DNA of 64,000 nt from a virus: the IMG/VR virus record IMGVR_UViG_3300034389_000010, positions 1 to 64,000 of that record. One strand, written 5' to 3'. Under the pieces are notes generated by a model that saw nothing but the letters and a program-made list of their open reading frames with translations, had not been told where the DNA came from and made no database searches. A program made the position numbers and the translations under genes. Positions 18,006 through 27,810 of the stretch are shown here, piece by piece (positions within the stretch are counted from its first letter, which is position 1; each line of letters starts with the position of its first letter).

Positions 18006-21000
18006 ATGGCCACATCCACCACAAAATCCGTCGTGTTCATTCCGACGCTGACCAACGCGGGCAAGGCCGCCGCGCTGGCGGCGAGCAACGACGGGTTGTC
18101 GCTCAAGATCGACGCCGTATCGTTCGGCTCCCAGGCCTTCAACCCAACCGGGGGCGAAAGCACGTTTCCCGGCGAGATCAAGCGCGTGCCGGTGGCATCG
18201 GCCGCGCGCGTCTCGAACAACCAGATCCGCATGACGGCCATTTGGCCGGCGGACAACAGCACCGGCACCATCCAGTCGATCGGCTTTTGGGCCGGTACCA
18301 CGCTGGTGGCCACCTGGAGCCGCACCACCGGCGCCCTGGGCAGCAAGACCGCCGGCGTCGCCTTCGTCCTGGTCAACGACATCGTTTTCGACCAGCTGCC
18401 CTCCGGCAGCATCAATGTCTCGATCGATCCGGACACCGCTGCCGTCTACGCGATCGTGGCCGCCCATGAGTCGGCGACCAATCCGCACCCCGGTTACATC
18501 CTGTCCAGCGCCTTCGATGGCCTGTACGGCGGCGGCGCCATGCCGCTGGTCAATGGCCAGGGCGCGATCGGCACCAGCAAGCGCTTCGCGCGTGAGGATC
18601 ACGTCCACCCGACCGATACCAGCCGTGCCCCGGTAGAGGCGCCGAACTTCACCGGCGCGGCCAAAATGGCCGGCACCCTGGCGGTGGCAGGCCTCACCAC
18701 GCTCGCCACGCTGACTGCCACGGGCCTGGCCACCTTCGCCGATGCCAAGGTAACCGGGCAGCTCAACGTGCCCACGCAGGCGGCCGGCAATAACACCACG
18801 CTCGCGGCCTCGACGGCCTTCGTGTCCACGGCCATCAGCAACCTGGTCAATGGCGCAGGCTCGGCCCTGGACACGCTCAACGAGCTGGCCACCGCCCTGG
18901 GCAACGACCCGAACTTCGCCACCACCATTTCCAACGCCCTGGCGCTCAAGGCGCCGCTGGCCTCGCCCAACTTCACCGGCTCGGTGAACATGGCAGGCAC
19001 CCTGGGCGTCAATGGCGCGGCCACCTTCGCCAGCACCCTGGCGGTCACGGGCGCGGCGTCCCTGAGCGGGAACGCCACGGTCGGCGGCACCCTGGGCGTG
19101 ACGGGCAAGCTCACCACGGCCGGGGATGTCGCGATCGGCGGCACGTCCACCGTGGCGGGCTGGCAGTACCTGACCGGTGCGGCCTTCATGTTCCAGCCGT
19201 CCACCGCTGTGGCGGCCCGGATGGAGATCGGCTACATCGGCGGCACCGCCACCGCGCCCTATATCGACTTCCATTCCGGCGCGACCGCCGTGGACTTCGA
19301 TACCCGCCTGATCGCGTCGGGCGGCAACGGCGCCAATGGCGGCGGTACCCTGACCTTCAACGGTGCCACCTTCGCGGTCGCGGGCACGCTCAAGACCACC
19401 GGCGAGGTGCAGACCACCAACGGCGTCGGCTACCGCCAGGTCGTCGGTAACTACGGCACATTCTGGTACAACGACGGCGCGGCCCTGTACCTGCTGATGA
19501 CCGCCAACGGCGACCCCTACGGCACGTTCAACAGCCTGCGGCCCTTCGCCGTGAACCTTGCGACCGGCCAGGTCTACATCGCCAACGGCCTCACCTCCTC
19601 CGGCCCGACGACCCTGCAGGACCAGACCACGCTGACCACCAGCGGCCAGGCCTGGGGCCTCACCGTGCAAGATACGGGCGTCAATGGCGCCACCATCAAG
19701 ATGGTCGGTAACGGCGCCACCACGCCAGGCAAGTACCTGCGCGTGAAAGACGGCTCGTTCGTGATGATGAACAGCGCCTACAGCGCCAACATCTTCACCC
19801 TGTCGGACGCCGGTACCGGGGTGTTCGCCGGCGAGGTGCAATCGACCTCGAACCAGTCCTTCCGGATCGTGCAGGGCAATTACGGCACCTTCTGGCGCAA
19901 CGACGGCACCAACCTGTGGCTGATGCTGACGGACTCGGGGTCGCCCTACGGCGGCTACAACGCCCTGCGACCCATGCGCGTGGGTCTGGCCGATGGCAAG
20001 GTCATCTTCGGCAACGATATGGCAGTCGCCGGGCTGGCCACCTTCGATAGCGCCATCACGGTCAACAACCAGGCGAACATCAAGACCAGCGGCAGCAGCA
20101 CCTCGCTGGTGATCACCGACACCGGCGGCAATGGCGCCAACATCAAGCTGGTCGGTAACGGGGCGACCACCCCGAACAAGCACATTCGGGCGAATGCGGG
20201 CTCGCTGCAGGTTATCAACAGCGACTACAGCGCCCAGCTGTTCACCCTGAGCGACGCGGGCAATGCCTGGTTCGCCGGCACGCTGTCGGCCGCCGGCGCC
20301 ACTACGCTGAACTCGACCCTGTACGTCAAAGGCGACACCACGCTGGGCGATGGCGGTTTCGTCTTCACGTCCAACACCCTGTCGATCAAGCCATCCGGCA
20401 TGAACGCAGGCTTTGAACTCGGCGACACCCGATCGGGCACGGCGTCCACGCCCTTCATCGACTTCCATTCCGGCGCCACGGCGGTGGATTGGGACTTCCG
20501 CATCATCGCCGGCGGCGGCAACGGCCAGAACAGCGGCGGTTACCTCTCGTTGCTGGGGGCGAGCCTGTTCGTCAACCCGGTCACCTGGTTCTACAAGCCG
20601 GTCAACGTCCAGGTGCAGGGCGCCACTTCGGGCGTGTTCGTCTCCGGCGATGCCGGCCAATACCGCATGATCAGCTACCGGACGGCGAACTCCGTGCGCT
20701 GGGAGACGGGCGCCGACTCAGGCGCCGAGGGCGGAAACAATGCGGGCTCGAACTACTACCTGAATCGCTTCGCCGATGACGGTTCGTATATCGATACGCC
20801 GTGGTCGGTCACTCGCCAAACGGGCGTCGTAAATGTGACCACGATGGCTGTCGGCACGGGCATCACCATGCCGACCCTGGCGCGTGGGGACAGCAGCAAC
20901 AAAGGCGCGACGACTGCCTTTGTCCAGGATGCAGTAAGCACCAAGGGCGTCACCGTCCGGATCACAAGCTCGACCACCTGGGTCTGCCCGGCGGGCGTTA

Positions 21001-21605
21001 CCACCGTGTGGATCTCCGCCTGTGGTGGGGGCGGCGGCGGCGCTGGTGGTGGCGGTTTCAGTAGTGCCTATGGTTCGGGCGGCGGCGGTGGCGGCGGTGC
21101 CGGATCTGTTCTCTTGGCCTTGCCCTTCACCGTCACGCCGGGTGCGACCTACACGATCTCCATCGGGGCAGGCGGCGCGGCAGGCACTGCAGGCTCTTCC
21201 GGCAATAACGGGGGTAACGCCAGCAGCGGTGGAACCACCGTCATGCGAGACGGCAGCAATTCGGTGATGTTCTCCCTAGCCGGCGGCGGCGGTGGCATTG
21301 GTGGTACGACTGCCTCGGGCGCTGGTGGCCAGGGTGGTTCGCGCGGGGGCAGCTGTGGGACGGACTCCAAGTGCATGACGCAGGGCCAGGGCGCCGGCTT
21401 CGGTGGCGATGGTGGTGCGGGCGCGAGCGGCCCCTTTGGGGTCGGTGGTGGTTCTGGTCGTGCCGGCCAGGGCGGCGCTCTGCCTGCCACCGCTGCTGAT
21501 GGATTTGGTACTGGAGGCGGCGGTGGCGGTGCGGGTTACGCATCCAGCTCCTCGGGCAGCGCCGGTACGCCGGGTATGCCTGGCATCGTGATCATCGAAT
21601 ACTAA
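18006..21605 (+). CDS. Tail fibre protein with internal repeats and Gly-rich C-terminal domain
   Basis: LDTLNELATALGNDPNFATT and NYGTFW.NDG fibre motifs; C-terminal poly-Gly domain ending GIVIIEY. Confidence 0.92.
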   Translation: MATSTTKSVVFIPTLTNAGKAAALAASNDGLSLKIDAVSFGSQAFNPTGGESTFPGEIKRVPVASAARVSNNQIRMTAIWPADNSTGTIQSIGFWAGTTLVATWSRTTGALGSKTAGVAFVLVNDIVFDQLPSGSINVSIDPDTAAVYAIVAAHESATNPHPGYILSSAFDGLYGGGAMPLVNGQGAIGTSKRFAREDHVHPTDTSRAPVEAPNFTGAAKMAGTLAVAGLTTLATLTATGLATFADAKVTGQLNVPTQAAGNNTTLAASTAFVSTAISNLVNGAGSALDTLNELATALGNDPNFATTISNALALKAPLASPNFTGSVNMAGTLGVNGAATFASTLAVTGAASLSGNATVGGTLGVTGKLTTAGDVAIGGTSTVAGWQYLTGAAFMFQPSTAVAARMEIGYIGGTATAPYIDFHSGATAVDFDTRLIASGGNGANGGGTLTFNGATFAVAGTLKTTGEVQTTNGVGYRQVVGNYGTFWYNDGAALYLLMTANGDPYGTFNSLRPFAVNLATGQVYIANGLTSSGPTTLQDQTTLTTSGQAWGLTVQDTGVNGATIKMVGNGATTPGKYLRVKDGSFVMMNSAYSANIFTLSDAGTGVFAGEVQSTSNQSFRIVQGNYGTFWRNDGTNLWLMLTDSGSPYGGYNALRPMRVGLADGKVIFGNDMAVAGLATFDSAITVNNQANIKTSGSSTSLVITDTGGNGANIKLVGNGATTPNKHIRANAGSLQVINSDYSAQLFTLSDAGNAWFAGTLSAAGATTLNSTLYVKGDTTLGDGGFVFTSNTLSIKPSGMNAGFELGDTRSGTASTPFIDFHSGATAVDWDFRIIAGGGNGQNSGGYLSLLGASLFVNPVTWFYKPVNVQVQGATSGVFVSGDAGQYRMISYRTANSVRWETGADSGAEGGNNAGSNYYLNRFADDGSYIDTPWSVTRQTGVVNVTTMAVGTGITMPTLARGDSSNKGATTAFVQDAVSTKGVTVRITSSTTWVCPAGVTTVWISACGGGGGGAGGGGFSSAYGSGGGGGGGAGSVLLALPFTVTPGATYTISIGAGGAAGTAGSSGNNGGNASSGGTTVMRDGSNSVMFSLAGGGGGIGGTTASGAGGQGGSRGGSCGTDSKCMTQGQGAGFGGDGGAGASGPFGVGGGSGRAGQGGALPATAADGFGTGGGGGGAGYASSSSGSAGTPGMPGIVIIEY

Positions 21606-21614
21606 GAGGCCCCT

Positions 21615-22196
21615 ATGCGCTACGCACATTTCGACCCTACCTCTCGCCAGGTGATCGGCTGGATCGACACCGAGGCCTATCACTATGACAGCCTGCCCCC
21701 GGAGGGGCAGCTCCTCCTGGTCAGCGATGACCAGTACGAAGCGCGCCAGGATCCCTGGTGGGTATCTAGCGCCCATGAGCTGACCGACGTCGAGCCCATC
21801 GCCGAGATCAGTCTGGCCGCGCTCAAGGAGCAGAAAGTCACCGAGATCACTGATGCCTGCGCCAAGGCGATCGTTGCCGGCTTCGTCTGCGACGTGCTCG
21901 GCAAGGCCTACCTGTACCCCTCGAACACCGAGGACCAGCTCAACCTGACCGGTACCGTGGCGGCCTCGCAGCTGCCGCAGAACGCCAAAAACGCGGACTG
22001 GCGCGGCCCGTTCACCTGTCTGGACCCCGAAACGGGCGTGTGGGCCGACCAGATGCACACCGCCGAGCAGATCCAGAAGGTCGCCGGCGTGAGCTACGAC
22101 ACCATCTTGTCGCTGCGCATCAAGCGTAAGGGCCTGCTGGCCAAGATCGCCGCCTACGAGGATGCGGCCAGCGTCCGGGGCGTGGCCTGGTCCTGA
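21615..22196 (+). CDS. Tail fibre assembly chaperone (DUF4376-like)
   Basis: Directly after fibre; YPS..EDQLNL, H...QI, terminal V.W. Confidence 0.75.
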   Translation: MRYAHFDPTSRQVIGWIDTEAYHYDSLPPEGQLLLVSDDQYEARQDPWWVSSAHELTDVEPIAEISLAALKEQKVTEITDACAKAIVAGFVCDVLGKAYLYPSNTEDQLNLTGTVAASQLPQNAKNADWRGPFTCLDPETGVWADQMHTAEQIQKVAGVSYDTILSLRIKRKGLLAKIAAYEDAASVRGVAWS

Positions 22197-22197
22197 T

Positions 22198-22239
22198 CGG
22201 AAACCCTGCGCCAGGCGAGCCCTGGCGCCCCTTCACCAT
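22198..22239 (+). promoter_or_regulatory. Late-promoter element CGGAAAC-N29-CACCAT
   Basis: Variant last base, same spacing. Confidence 0.75.
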
Positions 22240-22269
22240 GGGCGAACTCTCATACACCGAGGTTCGCCC

Positions 22270-22956
22270 ATGTCTTTTTCTGACGTCCCGTTGCGCTACC
22301 GGCTGGCTGCCTTCTGGCAGTGGGGCTGGGTCGGCGCCCTGCTGGCTGTCGGCGTCCTGCTGACCTACTTCCCCATGGGCATGCTGGTGGCCCTGACCGC
22401 CAAGGTCCAGACCAAGCACCCCCAGGGAAAGCCCCTGTCCGCGCGCCACAGCGCGAAATACCTCGCGGCCGGTGCCTCGGGCTGGTGGGAGTACGCCAAC
22501 AGCGCCTGGGCGCTCCTGCGGCCCTGGAACAACTACGAGGACGGCCTGTACGGCGAGCCCAGCGGCAAGACCAGCGCCCGCTGCAAAGGGCGCGAGCGCA
22601 CCCGCTGGAACGTCTATCTGTGGCTGTGCCGCAACCCCTTCAACTGGGCCAAGCGCACCAGCACCCTGTTTGCCTGCCTGATCAACGACTGCGACCTGCA
22701 GTGGTGGGGTACTGGCCAGGGCCTGACCGACAAGGCGCCGGTCGTGGCCGGCTGGTATTTCTGCCGCGCCGTGCATCGCCAGACGGGCCGGGTCTACTAC
22801 GGCTATCGCCGGGTGCGCTTGAACGATGACGGCACGGTCTACCAGGCGACGCTGGGCTACAAGATCAAGCCCGAGCACGCCGGCCAGCTGCAGGACAGCG
22901 ACGATCTCGACAAGGCCTTCACCCTGCGCGTGCAGTTCTCCGCCGAGGCGGATTGA
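22270..22956 (+). CDS. Phage membrane-anchored protein (WL.RNP motif)
   Basis: N-terminal hydrophobic segment, Trp-rich. Confidence 0.6.
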   Translation: MSFSDVPLRYRLAAFWQWGWVGALLAVGVLLTYFPMGMLVALTAKVQTKHPQGKPLSARHSAKYLAAGASGWWEYANSAWALLRPWNNYEDGLYGEPSGKTSARCKGRERTRWNVYLWLCRNPFNWAKRTSTLFACLINDCDLQWWGTGQGLTDKAPVVAGWYFCRAVHRQTGRVYYGYRRVRLNDDGTVYQATLGYKIKPEHAGQLQDSDDLDKAFTLRVQFSAEAD

Positions 22957-22959
22957 GCC

Positions 22960-23481
22960 ATGGGCGAGGTCGTGCTGCTGTTCTCCCGCACCCGGACGCT
23001 GCACAGCCTCGCCGTGCGGCTGTTCACCGGCTCGCCCTGGTCGCACGTCGAGTTCATCGACGGCCGCAACGTGATCGGCGCCCTGCCCGGTGGCGTGGCC
23101 CTGGACAGCCTGCAGCGCCGCCTGGAGAGCGTTTCGGCCTACCAGGTGGTGCGGGTGCCCTGCCCTGAGCCGCGCCGCATCCTGGCGGCCTGCTATGGCC
23201 AGCTGGGCAAGCCCTATGACTTCCTCGGCATCCTGGGCCTGGTGACCCGCCGGCGCCGGTGGCAGCAGGCCAGCAGCTGGTTCTGCAGCGAGCTGGTGTC
23301 CTGGTGCTTTGCCGCTGCCGGCCGCCCGCTGTTCCGGGACAACCAGGTCTGGCGCGTCACGCCCCAGCACCTGTGGATGCTCAAATTTCCGGACTCCCTC
23401 CCGGAAAGCGTCACCGGGGCGCTGCCGCTGGCCACCCTACTATCCACCACCGACAACCAGACATCGGAGTACAACCCGTGA
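22960..23481 (+). CDS. Permuted papain-like NlpC/P60 (YiiX/YaeF-type) enzyme
   Basis: WSHVE ... GKPYDF ... WFCSELV ... VTP. Confidence 0.8.
   Translation: MGEVVLLFSRTRTLHSLAVRLFTGSPWSHVEFIDGRNVIGALPGGVALDSLQRRLESVSAYQVVRVPCPEPRRILAACYGQLGKPYDFLGILGLVTRRRRWQQASSWFCSELVSWCFAAAGRPLFRDNQVWRVTPQHLWMLKFPDSLPESVTGALPLATLLSTTDNQTSEYNP
23402..23443 (+). promoter_or_regulatory. Late-promoter element CGGAAAG-N29-TACTAT (inside 3' end of upstream CDS)
   Basis: Motif and spacing. Confidence 0.8.
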
Positions 23482-24260
23482 GCCAGACCGGCGAAATGAT
23501 GCCCCTCGATACCGCCATCGGCCGCATGATGGGGCGCTGGTATGCCGGTCTGTACGGCGATACCCAGGCCGTCGCCGAGTTCGTCGGCCGGGGCCTGGCC
23601 AAGTCGATCAAATGGGTACCGGGGCGCATGATCGACGACGCCCAGGCCATGCTGCAGAGCTACCAGCGCGACCAGCAGGGCGAGCACGGCAGCAATGCCC
23701 GGCTGCCGGTGGTCATGGTGGCCGCCTCGCGCGACTACCTGCCGATCTCCGGGGACTGGGGCGCCCGCGCCCTGCCCCGCACCATGGGCGTCTTCTCCGT
23801 CGCCGAGGGCGCGATCGAGGGCGAGACGCCGTCCTACTACGGGCTGCGCTCGGTGCAGCACCAGGTGCGCGTCCAGGTGGTGGTGATCGCCGCTGAAAAG
23901 CACAGCGCCCGGAGCCTTGCCGCCCAGTTCGATATGTTCGTGCGCAACGCCGAGAATCGCCACCTGGTGGTAAAGCACACCTTTGGCCAGTACAGCAGCG
24001 AAGCCCCGGCTGTGATCGAGGATCCCGAAGTGGTGTTCGCCGTCGCCGGCGAGTCCAAGACGATGACCGTCCTGGCCGGCGACTTCACCATCAAGGCCAC
24101 CACGCCCTACTACGACGCCCCGCGCCCCGGCGAGCCCAACGATGGCAGCGCCAACAATCCGCCCGGCTACCCGCTGGTGGATGGCGTCTACTGGGACGAC
24201 CAGACGCTGGTCCGCCAGGGCTTCACCGATGAGCTGGGCACCACCTGGGGCGATGCGTGA
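23478..24260 (+). CDS. Tail completion/terminator-like protein (P1 gp24-like)
   Basis: LPVV....R motif, context. Confidence 0.5.
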   Translation: MSQTGEMMPLDTAIGRMMGRWYAGLYGDTQAVAEFVGRGLAKSIKWVPGRMIDDAQAMLQSYQRDQQGEHGSNARLPVVMVAASRDYLPISGDWGARALPRTMGVFSVAEGAIEGETPSYYGLRSVQHQVRVQVVVIAAEKHSARSLAAQFDMFVRNAENRHLVVKHTFGQYSSEAPAVIEDPEVVFAVAGESKTMTVLAGDFTIKATTPYYDAPRPGEPNDGSANNPPGYPLVDGVYWDDQTLVRQGFTDELGTTWGDA

Positions 24261-25150
24261 ATCTGTTCCTGACCGAGAAGGGCGAGCAGCTGCCGGGCGA
24301 CCTGGTGCTGGAGACGACCCTGCGCAGCGATCTGGCGCCGGTACCGCGCACGCTGGAGTTCACCGTGCGCCTCAAGGACGACCTGGAGAAGCGCCTGGCC
24401 GATGGCGCGTCCATTTGGGCCGGTCGCGAGCACCTGCAGTACACGATCGTGCATGGCGATCGCAGCGCACCGATGGGCGTGGTCCAGGGCGATGCCGCCC
24501 TGCAGGCCAAGAGCTACACCGCCTTCCTCACCAGCTGTAAGGACCTGGCCAAGCCCCTGTCGCGGGCCGTGATCGCGCACCAGCAGTCGCTGGCCTCGCT
24601 GTATCTGGCCTGCGGGGCGCGGGTGTCGATCGACAACGACTTCACCGTGGCGCGCTTTGCCGCCCTGGTGGGCGACGTGCCGAGTGTGGCCATCGCCGTG
24701 GCCCTGCAGGAGGAAGGCGCCGCCCTGGTGCTGCGCAAGGGGCGGCTATCGATCGAGCGCCTGCAGAACCTCATGCGCCAGGAGCCCATCGACTTCATCG
24801 GCCAGTTCGATTCCAGCGCCTACAGCGAGAGCGCCCTGGTCGAGCAGCATCAGATCCCGACCGGCTATTCGATCAATTCCGCCGGCGCTCTGGTGCGCGG
24901 CAACTACGACGTGCCCCGGCGCACCCTGTTCATGCCGCACCACGATGAGCGGATGCTGCACAACCTGACGCGGGTGCTGGTGCGCCGGCGGGTCATCAGC
25001 TCGCGCATGGCCCAGCAGGTCAATGCCGGCGACATCGTCGAGGTGGGCGGCGTGCGCCAGCTGGTGATCACCGCCGCGCACCGCTTCAAGGAGGCGGACG
25101 GCTCCACCAACACCGAGTCGCGCTTTTGGGTAGGAGACCTATCGCTGTGA
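24257..25150 (+). CDS. Baseplate hub protein (P1 gp6-like)
   Basis: LRSDL.PVP.TLE start; precedes spike. Confidence 0.6.
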   Translation: MNLFLTEKGEQLPGDLVLETTLRSDLAPVPRTLEFTVRLKDDLEKRLADGASIWAGREHLQYTIVHGDRSAPMGVVQGDAALQAKSYTAFLTSCKDLAKPLSRAVIAHQQSLASLYLACGARVSIDNDFTVARFAALVGDVPSVAIAVALQEEGAALVLRKGRLSIERLQNLMRQEPIDFIGQFDSSAYSESALVEQHQIPTGYSINSAGALVRGNYDVPRRTLFMPHHDERMLHNLTRVLVRRRVISSRMAQQVNAGDIVEVGGVRQLVITAAHRFKEADGSTNTESRFWVGDLSL

Positions 25151-25662
25151 GCCGCACCCCTGCTGTCGTCGTCTCCTACGCCCCCAAGGCCAAGACCTGT
25201 GAGATCGAGCTGCCCGGCCTCACCGATGGCGCCGGCGCGCGCCTGATCTGCGAGATCGAGCTGGCCATCGGCGATCGCGGCGAGGACACCGAGATCCGGA
25301 TCAAGCCGGGCGATAAAATTTGGGTGGACTTCATCAACGGCGATCCGCGCTATCCGATCATGACCGGCTTCCGGGCGCAGCAGGACGTCAACATGGTCGG
25401 CACGCGGCACTGGGAGCACGCGAACTTCACCGTGATCGCCGACGATACGGTGCTGATCCAGGCCGGCAAGTCGATCAAGCTGCAGGTCGGGGGCTCGACC
25501 TTCGAGCTGACGCCCGAGAAAATCGCGCAGATGGCCAGCGCCAACACCATCCAGGGACCGGTCGAGCAGACGGGGGGCGATATGACGTCCGATGGCATCA
25601 GTGCGCAGAAGCACGTCCACCTGGAGCAGGGTGACGGGGCGCTAGTCAGCAAGCCGAGGTAG
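25147..25662 (+). CDS. Baseplate spike (gpV/gp5-like)
   Basis: OB-fold GD.IWV.F..GD.R.P; C-terminal HVH iron-binding motif. Confidence 0.85.
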   Translation: MSRTPAVVVSYAPKAKTCEIELPGLTDGAGARLICEIELAIGDRGEDTEIRIKPGDKIWVDFINGDPRYPIMTGFRAQQDVNMVGTRHWEHANFTVIADDTVLIQAGKSIKLQVGGSTFELTPEKIAQMASANTIQGPVEQTGGDMTSDGISAQKHVHLEQGDGALVSKPR

Positions 25663-25669
25663 CCAGGGC

Positions 25670-25711
25670 CGGAAAGCAGGGGCAGGAGCCCCGTCTGCAG
25701 AGCGCCAGAAT
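25670..25711 (+). promoter_or_regulatory. Late-promoter element CGGAAAG-N29-CAGAAT
   Basis: Upstream of hdf-like gene. Confidence 0.8.
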
Positions 25712-25737
25712 AGGCGAAACTGCACGAGGCTCCACCG

Positions 25738-26481
25738 ATGGATACCCTGTTCGACTTCGACAACCAGGCAGACTCCCAGCGCTCGCTCAAGCGCATCAGT
25801 CAGGCCATGCTGCGCGCGGGCCAGCCCGTGGTCAGTAGCGAGTTCAACCTCAAGACCCAGCGCACCGCCGGCGTCAGCTTCCGCTCGGCGCTGCTGACCC
25901 TGGCCAGCGGTCAAACCGTCACCCTGCGCGTCAAGCTGACCGGCGACATCTTCCAGGTCCTGCTCAACAAGTCGGTGCTGCCGATCAAGGACCAGAGCGG
26001 TACCGGCGCGATCGCCGAGATCGCTGCCGCCGCCACTGCCAATCAGAAGAAATTCCAGGCCGCCCAGGCCCGCCAGAAGGCCGAGCTGCCCAAGGGTATC
26101 AAGAGCACGGCGCCGACCATGCTGGCCGCACTGACGACCCGCAGCGCGTTCCTGGACGACCAGATCAAGGAGGCCAGCGCTACCCGCGACGGCCTGCGCC
26201 GTGAGCTGGGCATTGCCCTGGATGCGGTGGGCGAGATCCGCGAGATCAATGACACGGCCACCCACTACGCCCTGAGCGTGTCGCGGAGCATCGGCAAGGG
26301 CCTCACGCTGGACGCCGTAGGCGTGCAGGGCGCCATTGCGCAGCTCGAAGTCTCTCTGGACGTGGTAGAGACCAACGCCCCGCTGTGGGAGGCCAAGGGC
26401 GATCTGGAGCAGGCCGCCTGCAGCCGGGCCAATGCCGCCTCCTACCGCGAGGCGATCCAGATCCTGACCAAGCACCTGTGA
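25738..26481 (+). CDS. hdf: Hdf-like protein (DarA N-terminal domain homolog)
   Basis: GQTVT...GDIFQV.LN...P shared with DarA-like domain in 28586 ORF. Confidence 0.65.
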   Translation: MDTLFDFDNQADSQRSLKRISQAMLRAGQPVVSSEFNLKTQRTAGVSFRSALLTLASGQTVTLRVKLTGDIFQVLLNKSVLPIKDQSGTGAIAEIAAAATANQKKFQAAQARQKAELPKGIKSTAPTMLAALTTRSAFLDDQIKEASATRDGLRRELGIALDAVGEIREINDTATHYALSVSRSIGKGLTLDAVGVQGAIAQLEVSLDVVETNAPLWEAKGDLEQAACSRANAASYREAIQILTKHL

Positions 26482-26518
26482 GGGCCGCCATGCGCGACGA
26501 ATACGAAGGGTTCTAGAG

Positions 26519-26556
26519 ATTACGCCATGCTTATTACGAATTAAGCATGGCGTAAT
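26519..26556. repeat. Perfect 15-bp inverted repeat ATTACGCCATGCTTA/TAAGCATGGCGTAAT
   Basis: Directly visible, 8-nt spacer. Confidence 0.85.
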
Positions 26557-26568
26557 TATTTCCGCCTC

Positions 26569-26597
26569 TTGCAGCAAATAACCAATCTGGTTAGTCT
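26569..26597 (+). promoter_or_regulatory. mqsRA promoter TTGCAG-17-TAGTCT with MqsA-type operator TAACCAATCTGGTTA (26579-26593)
   Basis: Palindrome resembles MqsA operator TAACCT-N3-AGGTTA. Confidence 0.7.
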
Positions 26598-26603
26598 TGA
26601 GCT

Positions 26604-26906
26604 ATGGAAAAGCCCACCCCCCACTACAAACTAACCGACATCAAAGCTTTGGTAGCGGCGCGCAAGGTGCGGTCTACGCGTACTGCCGACAATGGCGCTA
26701 CAGAGTTGGGAATGAACACCAGGGCAATGCTACTGGTCGTGACGGCACTCAAATCCAGCGACTTTGACAAGAGCATGACTACCTACGCCGATCACACTGC
26801 CTGGCAGGATGTTTACAAGCCCGTGGTTGGGGGTGTCGAGTTGTACGTCAAGCTTATGGTTGATAACGATGCCGTAATCGTTTCGTTCAAGAGGTCAACA
26901 CTATGA
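26604..26906 (+). CDS. mqsR: MqsR family mRNA interferase toxin
   Basis: MEKPTPHY.L...KSMTTYADHT.WQDVY.P...YVKL...VSFK. Confidence 0.95.
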   Translation: MEKPTPHYKLTDIKALVAARKVRSTRTADNGATELGMNTRAMLLVVTALKSSDFDKSMTTYADHTAWQDVYKPVVGGVELYVKLMVDNDAVIVSFKRSTL

Positions 26907-27328
26907 AATGTCCCACCTGCGGCCGCGCTGAAATGGCTCAAGACACGCGCGACATTTTTTATACCTACAAGGGCGCAAGGACAAAGATCAAAGCTGTGAC
27001 GGCTCAGTTCTGCCCAGCTTGCAACGAGTATGTTGCGACCATTGATGAGTCCGAGCGCATCACCGATGAAATGCTGGCATTCCAGCGCAAGACGAATGCC
27101 CTGCGGGTCAATCCTGGCTTTGTGCGTACCGTTCGTCGCAAGCTCGGCCTGGGCCAAAAAGAGGCCGGGGTGCTGTTTGGTGGCGGCGTGAATGCCTTCT
27201 CGCGCTACGAGAAAGGCGTTATCGAGCCGCCTGTGGCCACCGTGCAGCTGCTGCGCGTTCTGGACCGCCATCCCGAGCTGCTGGAAGAGGTCCGCGCCGA
27301 TACGGCCGCAACACCCGCGAGCGCCTAG
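26903..27328 (+). CDS. mqsA: MqsA antitoxin (zinc ribbon + HTH)
   Basis: CPTC...CPAC, RRKLGL.Q.EA..LFGGGVNAFSRYE.G. Confidence 0.95.
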   Translation: MKCPTCGRAEMAQDTRDIFYTYKGARTKIKAVTAQFCPACNEYVATIDESERITDEMLAFQRKTNALRVNPGFVRTVRRKLGLGQKEAGVLFGGGVNAFSRYEKGVIEPPVATVQLLRVLDRHPELLEEVRADTAATPASA

Positions 27329-27810
27329 AACGACAGCACCGAATACAGCCCTGCCAGCTCGTCGGCCACGCTTTCGGCCGCGCACAGGCTGAGCTGCCGA
27401 TCGGCAAAGCCGCAAGCGGCCAGCACGGCCAGCTGGCCATTGGTGATGTCGGGCGCAATTTGATAGCGCGGGCCATTCTCGTCGAAGCCGACCTTGACGA
27501 TGCTGTTCTTCGGATCGTGCCGGCCCAGCTGCTCGATGATGTCGAGCGTGCCCTGGGTGCTGCGCGTGAAGTAGCTGGCGATCGCCTTGCGGATATGGTC
27601 GTCGGTGAACAGCCAGTCGGCCGCATCCAGATGCTGATTCGTCACCAGGGCGAACCCCTCCCTGCGCACCTCGCGCGCCTCACGCTCCTCGGCGGCGATC
27701 ACCACCACGTTCGTGTCCGTCTTGAGGGCGCAGATCAGCGTGATGCCTGGCCCCTCATAGCCGCAGATGCTGACCTCGATGGGCTGGATGTTCGGGGGTG
27801 ATTCGGTCAT
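27325..27810 (-). CDS. Conserved phage hypothetical protein
   Basis: Good codon use, GAGG RBS, TAGTAT -10 at 27863-27868(-). Confidence 0.65.
   Translation of the reverse strand: MTESPPNIQPIEVSICGYEGPGITLICALKTDTNVVVIAAEEREAREVRREGFALVTNQHLDAADWLFTDDHIRKAIASYFTRSTQGTLDIIEQLGRHDPKNSIVKVGFDENGPRYQIAPDITNGQLAVLAACGFADRQLSLCAAESVADELAGLYSVLSF

Noticed and set aside
17985-20660. 891-aa minus-strand ORF over the tail fibre
   Set aside because: Antisense shadow of the fibre gene
20990-21600. GGC/GGT-rich repeats as possible DGR variable region or tandem array
   Set aside because: Simply poly-Gly coding; no template repeat or reverse transcriptase seen
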